A DNA stretch of 63,167 nucleotides, the filler included, from Octopus bimaculoides (Eukaryota), in NCBI RefSeq assembly GCF_001194135.2. It is 7 parts of 7 records of this genome, joined end to end, with 100 filler letters (N's around TTAATTAATTAA, not from the genome) between each part and the next. Parts side by side here need not be neighbours in the genome. Positions count along the whole stretch, not along the records: positions 1 to 21,859 come from NC_068987.1; positions 21,960 to 31,272 come from NC_068986.1; 5 more parts are not named here. One strand, given 5' to 3'. Below, one piece after another: positions 14,097 through 24,900 of the stretch (position 1 is the first letter of the stretch; every line of letters begins with the position of its first letter). The notes beneath the pieces are model-generated. The model did not search any database, was not told the origin of the DNA, and was given only the letters and a program-made list of their open reading frames with translations. A program made the translations under genes and the position numbers.

Positions 14097-14922
14097 TGGA
14101 GATATATATGGTTGATAAGTATCGATTAGGATAGTTCGTTTGTGTACACAGAGGAAAACAAGCCTATGAGTATTTAGCGCCTATGGGCTGGTCCAATGCA
14201 CGCGTTATGTCGAACTGTACATGGTGGTATACTCTCGAGTGTCCTATATATCGTACATTCTTTTGGCGAATTATAATCAAATGACTAATAAAAGACGATG
14301 AATAATTGTCAGCACATTACAACTGCTTCTTACGCATTTTTAATAGAAGAATGAGAAAATTATTTTATTACAAAACCGTAATCATCAGATGAAATATAAT
14401 TTTACAAACGAAAGAATGTCACAAGAAGGGATGTGTTGAAGTGTGTCGAAGCTAACTATGAAATGGGAATATGTATACATGTAAACAAAGAAAACAAAGA
14501 CAGAAGATTTTCAGACGATGAATATTTAAGTATAAATGTATGCACGTTTATATATTAATAGATCAATCTAGCGCAGAGAACAAACAACAGAGGAAATTAA
14601 AAAGCGAAAAGGATCACCTAACGTCTTAAAAGTTCAACAGCTGTCTTTGATGGGTTAGAGATTCATACTGTTCGAAGATGTAGTTCACCAAAATGTACAG
14701 CCAGTAATGAAAGCAAATAAACACTGGATCAAATATACATCTGTGTGTCTGTGTGAAGTGGATGTGCATATAGATATACATATGTTAGATGGAGAGAGTG
14801 TCATGTATACACACACGCACACACATGCACACACATAGATGTGTGTGTGTTAAACTAAACAAAATGAGACAACAAAGCCAAGAGTGTGTGGAATTGTCAG
14901 GACCTATATGAAGAGAAAGTTA

Positions 14923-14970
14923 GTCTTACAGCTGTTTCTGGGTTATTAGGGATATCACTTCATCAGAGAC
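14923..14970 (-). ncRNA. Minimal type-I hammerhead ribozyme motif (PLE-type)
   Basis: Minus strand gtct-CTGATGA-agtgatatccctaataaccca-GAAA-cagctg-TA-agac; stem I gtct/agac, palindromic stem III CAGCTG. Confidence 0.6.
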
Positions 14971-15039
14971 GATATGAGATGGTTAAATGGTGGAAAATAT
15001 TAGAGTTCAATATTTCCCTATATTTAACCATCTCATATC

Positions 15040-15087
15040 GTCTCTGATGAAGGGATATCCCTAATATCCCAGAAACAAATGTCAGAC
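15040..15087 (+). ncRNA. Minimal type-I hammerhead ribozyme motif (PLE-type)
   Basis: gtct-CTGATGA-a-gggatat/cccta/atatccc-a-GAAA-caaatg-TC-agac; inverted partner of 14923-14970. Confidence 0.6.
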
Positions 15088-15292
15088 TAACTTTCTCTTT
15101 ATAAATATCCTGAAGACTCCACTCACTCTTCGCTTTGTTGTCTTATTTTATTTAACATAAACATGCTAATATTAGACCCGCATTAGGCTCCTCCCTCGTA
15201 TCATTATCGAACCGAGAGTTTAACTATGGCCCTTCCAAAGTAATTACATAGCGTTACCAGCACCTTGTGTCTCCTGGATACCAAAACGTCTG

Positions 15293-15394
<102 letters not shown>

Positions 15395-16369
15395 ATATAG
15401 ATTTAATCAAAAGATTAAATGTGGTACTTAAAATGTTTGAGGCACCAGAATTTGGTAGGATAAAAACCAAAAACAAAATCAAGAGATTTGGTGAATAAAA
15501 TTTGAAGTAATGCAACAAAAATTCAATAGGTTATAGCAGTACGTACGTTTCGTACACACCCTATTTATTCATGTAGTGATAACACTACAGAAAATACAAT
15601 GAAAATATACTCCTCAGCTGCATAAAGGAATTTCATTTTAGAAAGTCATTTTGAAGAGTAAGAGAAAAAAACACATCTCGACTATGCTGCTGTTTCACAG
15701 ACAAGTGAATCAAACAAGAATTTAAAATCTAATTCGAGGGATAGTACTAATTTCAAATTTAGAGGAAGGCAGGTTAAGTTGTGGTGGACAGCAGGTTAGG
15801 GGTAAATCAAGCATGAGAGAAAGAATAAAAAGAAAAAAGGAAATGGAAGGGCAATACCCCAAGCAGTGGTAAGAATTTGGAAAAAATTTGAGGTAAGGGA
15901 ATTAAGGTCAAGGTATTAAAGAGATATATCTATTCTACAGTATAAATAGAATAATACAATAAAGCACTGAACTACTAAGTTCAAAACTATAGGGAACAAT
16001 AATAATTAGAACAAGATAAACAGAACCAGTTAAAATAAGATATAAATTAATGTGGGGTGGAATTATTTATGGGTAAAACTATAATATTAATGACCAAAAT
16101 CCAAACAGGAAGAAAGAGGGGAAGAGGGAAGAGGAAAAAAATGGGGAGGAATAGAGTTAGAAAAACAGGACAAAATTAAGGGAAAATAAAGCTAAGGTTT
16201 TCGAAAAAAACTCAGAATAACTTAGAGAAAATGTAGGACTACTATCAGTGGATTGGGAAAGGTCAAAAAATATTCTAAGTATATATTAAAAGTCATACCT
16301 CAAATAAAATAGTTATTAGTCAGGAAACTGAATTAAAAACATTAGTAAGATTTACTTTTTCAAGAATAT

Positions 16370-18220
16370 TTACTTTTTAAAATATTTAAAGGTGCGGGAG
16401 TAACAATGCACACATAGAACCCTAAGGTCAGATCTATTGTTAATTAGATTAGGGTTATCCTTAAGTTGAAAAAATTCGTAAATTTCCATAGAGCACAGTC
16501 CACAGCCATATTTACTATTTCTATAAGGTTGTGCTCTCCTGATGATTTCCCATTTAAGATTAAAATCAATACTATTTTCCTTCAATTCCCAAATTTTATT
16601 AGATAATGATGTACTATTGGCTTTATGTTTAAGTTTAAATGAAGAAAAATGGTTATATAATCGTGGTTTAAGGTTGATTATGCAACCAACATAAAAGTAA
16701 TTATTAGTTGGAGTAGTTACTGTACATTTATAGACAACATTATGGGTTAAACAACGGCCAGATACCGGACAGTGGGCTTTAATTCTACAATTGCAATTCA
16801 GGGGCTTATTAGCTATATATATATTGCTATGTTGATTATTGATACAAGTATCTAAATTATTTACATCAATATTGCTGGTTGTATTATTAGATATGCAATT
16901 TATATTGTTTGAGCTAGGAAGATTTATCTCATTAACTATGTTAACAGTTGAAGTATTAATATGTTCATTAACATGTCCATGATTATTGGTTGCGTTGGTG
17001 TTATTAATAGTTTGGTAGTTATTTGTATTGTTATCAATGATAAGACAATTTTTATTTTCAAGAATCCTAGCCAGTTTAATGTCTTTTTCTATTTAACTTA
17101 TTGATAATAAATCCTATATTGGGGAGAGTAGAGTATAAGATACGGATTGTGTGTTGAGAGAAGATTTTATAATATTTATGGTTATGGTCGAAATTTTTTG
17201 TAAGATATCCATAAACTTCTTATAGATGTTTGTAGATACTGCATATTTGTAAGGGATGTTAAGCCATATACAATTTTTTTCTTTTAGATTTGTAATATGA
17301 AGGGGGTTTGTGGTTATCATAAGTATTTCGGGTTATATTATTGTTTCTATTATCATTGGTAGTTATCTTATTAGGATCTGTTTTGTTATGTAAAATAATT
17401 TTCTTATATTTATTTTTATGGTCCTTATTATAATTTCTTAAGCTATGTATTTTATTGGTGTTAATATTGTTGTGTAGGCATTTATCAGGTTGTATTACAT
17501 TTTTATTCCTCTTGTTTGAGCAGGATAGGTTATTATTAGTAGGTCTTTTCTTATCATTATTTACGTTAATTAAAGTTTTATTATTGTTAACATTATTTAG
17601 GGTAATTAGATTATCATTATCAGTGTTATTATCATTATTGTTACTATCACATTTAATAGATTTAGGGATAAGGAAATAAAGTTTTTGGTCATAGCCCGCT
17701 CTTGATAAAGCTTCATTATTGTAATGGGAATTTGATTTAAAGATGTCATGGTTTGAGGACAGTTTAGTTAATCTATCGGAAATGTTTTTTACAATAGATT
17801 TTAAAATATTTGGTGGGTGATTCGATGATCTATTTACATATTTAGTAACTTCATTTTCTTTTCTATAGGGATAGTACAATTTAGAGCTAATATTAAGACT
17901 GGTATCAAGAAAGTTAACGATTTTAGTGCCATATTCAAAAGTAATGCTAAGGTTAAAGTTTTTAAAGAATTTCCTAATATTCTTTCTCATTCTCTCTATG
18001 GTTGATTTACTGTTGGTGGGTATGATAAATAACGCATCATCCCTATAAAGGCCTCCTTGGAGTTCAAGACTTCCCTTATTTAGGCAATATAGAAGATATG
18101 CTCCAACCAAATTTGTTATTTCAGCTGAATCACTCGATCCCATTGGGATATCAAAGTTCTCAGGGGTGTCAGATCTGGTCCAGAGCTTATCTTCGAATTC
18201 GATGATGGTTTTTCTAGCTA
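16370..18220 (-). mobile_element. Penelope-like element, 5'-truncated: RT plus C-terminal GIY-YIG endonuclease
   Basis: ORF 17259-18236 has FDIPMGSSDSAEITNLVG, GLYRDD, VNFLD and SSNHPP. A frameshifted linker (IWLNIPY) follows. 16370-16798 is open: CNCRIKAHCPVSGRCLTHNVVYK..YFYVG..KPRLYNH..WEII..CGLC..E..LCVH. Confidence 0.9.
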
Positions 18221-19091
18221 ACACTACGTACATCAACAGGTCAACGTCAAATATATATATAGAATGAACTTAATCCTCCAAACACACACCGTTATAAAAA
18301 GCAAGAGACAGCCCAAATCTATGAAAAGTTTCCTTACACAAGCCCGGATACCCTCATCAAAAAACACTGAAGTCGTCAGTAAAAAAAATGCGGTAGACCC
18401 AACTGCGGAATATGCATCAATCTAATTGAGGGATTAGAGTTCTCCTTCAAACAGGGACATAATTTCAAAATGAAAAGCAACTTCACATGTACTTCGGAGA
18501 ACCTGATATACGCATTGACCTGCTCTGAGTGTCAAGAGCAGTACATAGGTCAAACGAAAAACAGCCTGTGTCAACGGATGGCTCTGCACAAATTCCAAAT
18601 ACAAATTCCCCAAAACAGAAAAATACATTCAGCCAACTCATCGATATTTGCGCCAATAATAAAAATCCTAGTTTCAGAATCTTTCCCCTCTACCAATTCA
18701 GAGACGATACATCCTACAGCCAAAGAATAATTAAAGAATCTCTCTTCATCACAAAATACAGATCCCGTCTGAACGCATCTACAACGAATGACATATCTAC
18801 CACGACCTTTGAATAAAACACACACACAGAAATATTAAAAAGGATAAACTCCAAATAGATACGCAAGGAATTATAAAAAAAAAAAAATATATAAAAAAAA
18901 CAACCCCAATCACTACTCACTCAACTAGTTACTATCACTCTTTCCTGCATTTTACTATTTCTCTCCTTCTCATCCCCTCACCTTCTCCGTCATCTTCTTC
19001 TTCTTACTTTAGTACTACTACTGCTGTCTAAAATAACACCCACGCAAACATTATAAACAATACACTACGTATATCAACAGGTCAATGTCAA
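18221..19091 (+). mobile_element. Second PLE fragment: GIY-YIG endonuclease end bracketed by a 30-bp direct repeat
   Basis: 18470-18810 reads FTCTSENLIYALTCSECQEQYIGQTKNSLCQRMALH, then frameshifted KESLFITKYRSRLN. Repeat acactacgta(c/t)atcaacaggtcaa(c/t)gtcaa at 18221-18250 and 19062-19091. Confidence 0.85.
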
Positions 19092-19412
19092 GACACTCAA
19101 CCAATTAACACTGCTACTATCATAGAAGTTCTTCTTCGAACCCACAAGAGTTAACAAGTGAAATAGAGAGAGGCAGAAACAAGAAAAATGCCGCTGTTAC
19201 TTGAATACTATACAAATCTGACTTTAAAAAGACTTTTCTTTTAAATTTACCAAAATTTAATTTTTCAATAATTTTTCAAAAATGAAAGAAATAATTGAGT
19301 TTCAGCTGAGTTAGGTACTTAAGTTGAAGCATCAAGTCAATGCGGTATTATCCGCAAAGATCAAAGTGAGGTGAATATAATCAACATAAGCAACATGATA
19401 TCAAGAAGTGAT

Positions 19413-19496
19413 GCAGTACAACCGTTTCAAGCGGCTCCATTTAATTGAACAATGCAATCATTACATCAATCTAAATTCAGGGCTATCTTCAGCTGC
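19413..19496 (-). ncRNA. Hammerhead-like motif with long, weak stem II
   Basis: Minus strand gcag-CTGAAGA-tagc...gctt-GAAA-cggttg-TA-ctgc; stem I gcag/ctgc is exact. Confidence 0.45.
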
Positions 19497-21300
19497 TTAA
19501 ATATATAAATAGAATTTTAATCAGTTGCACACAATATATTCTTATTAAAATACTCTAATAGAAAGAAATCCATGCCGCTATTGTAGCTAAGAATATATAC
19601 TACACTTCAAAGAAATGCATGAAGTTTGTTGGAGTCATAGCTTATAAAAAATTGTGGTTCATTTTTTTATTTATTAGTCTTTTTATCAACTACTTACTAA
19701 CTCCAAGACTAGAAGATTGTGTCTGTTTAGAATAAATCACAGGAGTGAGTTGACAGCTCATAGCTAGGTATGGTCATAATTATTGTCAAGATTTTAGGAG
19801 TAGTATAAAGTAACTGTCTATAAAGGAGGCTGGGTAGAGGAATACCCTGAATCAATATGTTAATTGCCAGTTAAAGGGGCAAGACGCTAATAAAACATGA
19901 TGTTAATATAGAGGAAATTGTATCATGGGGTATTCTGGGTGATTGGTTAGAAGCAATATTTTTATGTCGTAAAGAATAAAATTTAAGATTATCGAAAATT
20001 ATATCATAACCAAAATAGATAAAATTATATATATATCAATTTTGAAAATTAAAAAAGGGAAGATTACATAGAATCAGTTTAATATTCATTCGTGTACTTA
20101 ATTATCTACTTATTAGGTGGTTTCTATAAAGATTGTTCTGGGAATTTATTATGGAATATTGGAAAGATAAACATGCTATCTATGTATTAATCTGAAGCTA
20201 AAAATCAGAAAAAAATAAAAGCTGTGTACAGATACAGACACATATTTATCTTTGTGCACACATGCAAACAGACACAAATATTTATACGTTATTATGGATA
20301 TATTATAATCAATTCGCATAGACTTAAGTAACTAGAAAGTATATATGTCTATTTAAGAACAGTAACAACTTATAAGGGATATCAAAATAAGAGAACAAAA
20401 TAAGAATTTATACAGAATATTATGAAATATATACAAATTACATTTAAAAAGACAGGGTATTAAAATTTGTGGTAGGGGAGAGATAAAGATAACCCCAAAG
20501 AGGAAGCAATAGGTATGGCTGTAGTGAGGGCAGTCGGAAGTATTCAGATCGAAGAGGTATTTTATAAGTCGCAAAGTTGCAGGTACTATTACACAAATGA
20601 TTTTATAGTTTCTCGGGTGTATATATTTACGTAAAAACCATTACAAAAATACATAATATGATCAGTAGAGTAGAACATCATAGAAAGGAACAAATAGTTT
20701 AACAACCACAAACATGATGAGGTCAGACTGACTAGGCAGGATTATTCATGGGATAGTAATTACATGTAACACACCGTATACGATAACATATAACTTATAA
20801 CATATGCAATGCAATTTAATTCACCATATAACTCAATATCCCATGATATTTATTTTATATATAATACTAGAGTGTAAGTTTACATCTGATACGACACCAA
20901 AAATTAATTTCCACCATCAAAGACCAAGTATAGAACCTATACTTCGAAAATATTTAAATTTACGGGTGACCTTATGTTAGCATGATACCCTTAGTTGTAA
21001 TATATTATTAATCATGTTGCTCTCGTCCCTATACTTAAAAACCTCATATGTTTCCATAGAGCACATTTCATACCCGTATCGACTATCTCTATATGGCTGC
21101 CCTTTCCTTACTATATCCCATTTATGACTGAATTCGATTCCGCTTTCCTTCAGTTCCCAAATCTTGCTAGTTTGAGTTTAAAAGATGAAAAATGGTTGCT
21201 AATATGTTTTTTTCATTCTATATTTAAGGGACGAGGAATTAGGTACATTATTTACATTATTTACATTTGACGGATATTTGACCTCATCTTCTTTGTTGTT

Positions 21301-21346
21301 GACACAACGTTTCGGCTAATATACCTTCCAGCCTCCATCAGGTGTC
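21301..21346 (-). ncRNA. Minimal hammerhead-like motif (one core substitution)
   Basis: Minus strand gacac-CTGATGG-a-ggct...agcc-GAAA-cg-TT-gtgtc; stem I gacac/gtgtc, stem II ggct/agcc, palindromic ACGU stem III. Confidence 0.55.
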
Positions 21347-21415
21347 TTGGGGAAATTTCGAACCTGGTTTCTCATTTCTAAAGTATTGTTCGATGTTAGT
21401 ATTATTGTCATCATC

Positions 21416-21504
<89 letters not shown>

Positions 21505-21514
<10 letters not shown>

Positions 21515-21710
21515 TTATGTTTGACTTTTGTTTTGCATTTGTACAAGTTGGATCCAAGTCTCACCCAGAGATCTCAAGAGACAACAAGTTAGAAGTTCAT
21601 GATTATTATTATTATTATTATTTTATGTTTGACTTTTGCTTTGCATTTGTACAAGTTGGATCCAAGTCTCACCCAGATACCACAAGAGACAACAAGTTAG
21701 AAGTTCATGT
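21505..21710 (-). mobile_element. Two tandem ~115-bp LINE-like 3' ends ending in (AAT)n
   Basis: tttatgtttgacttttg..gcatttgtacaagttggatccaagtctcacccag..caagagacaacaagttagaagttcat occurs twice, each abutting (TAT)n. Confidence 0.6.
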
Positions 21711-21722
21711 AGGTGTTGGTGT

Positions 21723-21813
21723 AGGTCACTGGCTGGAATCAAAATCGAATTCTTGGGGTTAGTAGAGCGCGGGCTACTAACTCCAAGATTCCGAGTTCGA
21801 TTCAAGACAGTGA

Positions 21814-21818
<5 letters not shown>
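21723..21818. repeat. Head-to-head pair of tRNA-like SINE heads forming a ~95-bp imperfect palindrome
   Basis: aggtcactggctggaatcaaaatcgaattcttggggttagtagagc | gcgggctactaactccaagattccgagttcgattcaagacagtgacct; B-box GTTCGATTC in the right arm. Confidence 0.7.
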
Positions 21819-21859
<41 letters not shown>

Positions 21860-21988
21860 NNNNNNNNNNNNNNNNNNNNNNNNNNNNNNNNNNNNNNNNN
21901 NNNTTAATTAATTAANNNNNNNNNNNNNNNNNNNNNNNNNNNNNNNNNNNNNNNNNNNNATATATATATATATACACACACACACCAA

Positions 21989-21994
21989 TTTATT
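21989..21994 (-). promoter_or_regulatory. Candidate polyadenylation signal of the mannosidase gene
   Basis: AATAAA directly follows the TAA stop on the minus strand; in AT-rich sequence this may be chance. Confidence 0.4.
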
Positions 21995-24900
21995 TTATGT
22001 CTTTAAGATGTACGAGGAAACTTCCATGTGAGCAAGTTTTAAGACAGAGTTTGGGCTTAGAGTTTCAAGGTCATACAAATGGGACAACGAAGTTCGCCGG
22101 AAAGATTTCAAAGGTATTTTCCCAAACATGGCATTAACAGGGAACTGGCCCCAATTAGAACTGCAGACCGGCTCTGATGTAGGGAATTCACAGCTGAACC
22201 CTTCACGGTTCAGTATCAGGCTAGAGCCGTTCTGAACAAGATCGGAATTAACTAGGACCCGCAAAGAGAGAATGTTAATGTCACAAGGAATCTGGCCGTC
22301 AATGGGCAAGAAAGTAGGGGCAAGCTTTTCTGAGGGCATGTTAGTGAAATATGTTATCAAGGGATGCTGCAGGTAATAGTTCAAATAAATGCCTAAAAGC
22401 GAAGGGTATGTAAAACGGAGCTCTTGCGTGTGTATACTAGATTTTTGTGAGTCAGTGTAGGATGCAAAAGTGTTCGAAATTGGTAAATTCATTTTTATGT
22501 TTTGAGCGTTACCATCAGAATTTCGAACTAAGGTTTTGGAAATTCCATCTTTATTTCTATCCACATTGATATTTTGTGCTGCTTCATGTCTCTGGGTTGC
22601 TTCCGAGTCGAACTGAAGGGTGTCTTCTTTGACATTATGCTTATTGTTAACTGTATCATCACCATTAGAAGTAGACTGCTTGCCTTTGTATCGTGGTTCA
22701 AGATGAAGAACAAACTTTGAAATTACGGGCTTTATATCCTCAACCCCTTGACCAAGGCCACGTTCATCATCATAGCTGAGCTGTCGGTCAAGCATGACTT
22801 CAACCATACCTGTTTCCAAACAAGCCACGCCATGGGAATGGTCAACATGAAGACTCAGTCGTCGTAGGTCATCTTCTAGCATGACCATGGTTGTTACTGG
22901 ATAATAGTTGGCTTCCACATGCAACCGAGGTTGATTTCTGCGGCCAATCATTTGAAACCCGTTCTGGTCAGTGAAAAATGTTTGATTGGGATTTTTAATA
23001 TCAGTCTGAAGACGCATGATTACTTCCCGATCACGGAAACTTTTTATATTCACTGTATTTTCAATATGCAAAGCATGTCTTTGAAGTCCAGGCACATCAT
23101 ACAACTTGATCCGATGCAATATATATTTGTGAAGTACGTGAACTTCGGATACTAATGGACCACGAACAACGCGTACGATATGCTTGCTATTTGTGATAGA
23201 GCGTGCCCGACCATTTGGTAAGAATAAATATGCTCCACTACCCTGAGAGAGATAAGCAAGGAAATCCAGTTTTATCTGAGTAGAATTTCCAGTGGTTTTA
23301 TCAACGACTTCTTGTAAAAGACCTCGACTACCAGAAAACGTAGCTTTTATGATACTGTTTTCCAAAACTATTGATTCAGGATTACTACTAAACCAGGGTT
23401 TTTCCTTGACAAACCCACTTGTAGACGGTATTACTAAGTGTTCGTGATTTATGGCACCAATTCGAGCAAGATATGTATTTTTTGGTTCTTCTATAGGTAT
23501 TTGAAGTGTGTAGACAGTTGAAGCTAACGGTGCCATATTAGCTAAAAATACCAATTCAAATACACTGTTGGAAACTGTTGTATGGTCTGTCCAGTAGGGA
23601 TTTATCTGGCATGGTATAGAGTTTTTGCTTTCATCTAAAACTTCGATATTGTTTGTAGAAACAAGAACTGTCACAATATCCTGACGCTGTTGTAACAATT
23701 GGTTGAAAAGTATCAGTCGCAAGCCGGCTTTGTCAACTCGCAAAATCTGCTTTTGTGGAGAAGTCGTCGGAGATATGCGTACGGTTTCTGGTGTCACAAA
23801 TTTAGTGGGTCCATTCTTTGAACGATACAAAAGTATTTCCAAAGCGTCACCAATAACAGTTTGTGTAAGGTTATAAGAAATAGCCAGTTTTTCTTCATAA
23901 TCTAATACAACATTATCTTTGGCAGTTCCTGTAATAGCATCATGATGCTGAAATAAACCGAGGTATCTACGTGCTCTTTTCAACATACCAGCAGCCTCGA
24001 AAGATTTCTCGTATGGAACGTCCCAGATGCTAGAATAAGAACAGGCTAAGAAGTATAAGATATCAGCTGCTCGCAGATAACTTTCAAGATTTCGACTAAA
24101 TCTTTTGTCAAAAGGCCGTGTTGTATAGAATCCAGTCCAATAGTCATAATTTTTATCCGAATATGGGAAAAAATCACCGCTAAGAGAGGGCAACTTTAAA
24201 CTATCATCACCAAAGTAATTTGGATATACAAGTTGGCGTTTACGGACAATATCGAAATAATCTCTGAGGGTTCCAAAACGAAGTTTTATGTTCCAGTCTC
24301 TTCTGGAATTCATATAATGAAACAGCATCATGTAGTTTTGATATTGCTGATCCCATTCTAATTCTTTGTCATATCTGAAATCATCGCCAAGGGGCACAAG
24401 GATCACGTTGTACTTATAAAGGAAGTTCTTTTTCATGTACTCTTTATAAAGGTACTCAGCCTGAATTTCAATATTCTTCATGGTTATTTCACGACTCTTA
24501 CCTTCGCGTCTTTCACCAGGAATGTTGCGGAAATCATAAAGCAGGCAGAAGAACTTATCTGGACCACAGGTATATTTAATGCTATATAACATGTATGGCA
24601 TTGTGTGACACATCATATCTTTTGTGCCTTTAGGATCCCAGTATTGGCGCCAGTTGAATTCAAGGCTTTTACGTTTGGCTAAGTAACCTTTTACAGCACC
24701 ATGAATCCTCTGTATAACCATGTTTTTCAGACCAGCTTCCTTCAGTAAATAAGGCATTGTGCCAGAATGTCCAAAAGCATCGATTGACCAGCTATTTTCA
24801 GGAATGACATGCAAGTTATCCATCACCCATCGATGGCCTTCTATCAATTGGTCAACTATTGCATAATAATGAGTGGTGGCCTCATCTGGCATCACCCAGC

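Noticed and set aside
21904-21915. TTAATTAATTAA islands between N runs (also 31317, 39173, 50932, 59976, 61821)
   Set aside because: An identical 12-mer always flanked by Ns, with stops in all frames; most likely an assembly gap spacer, not biology.
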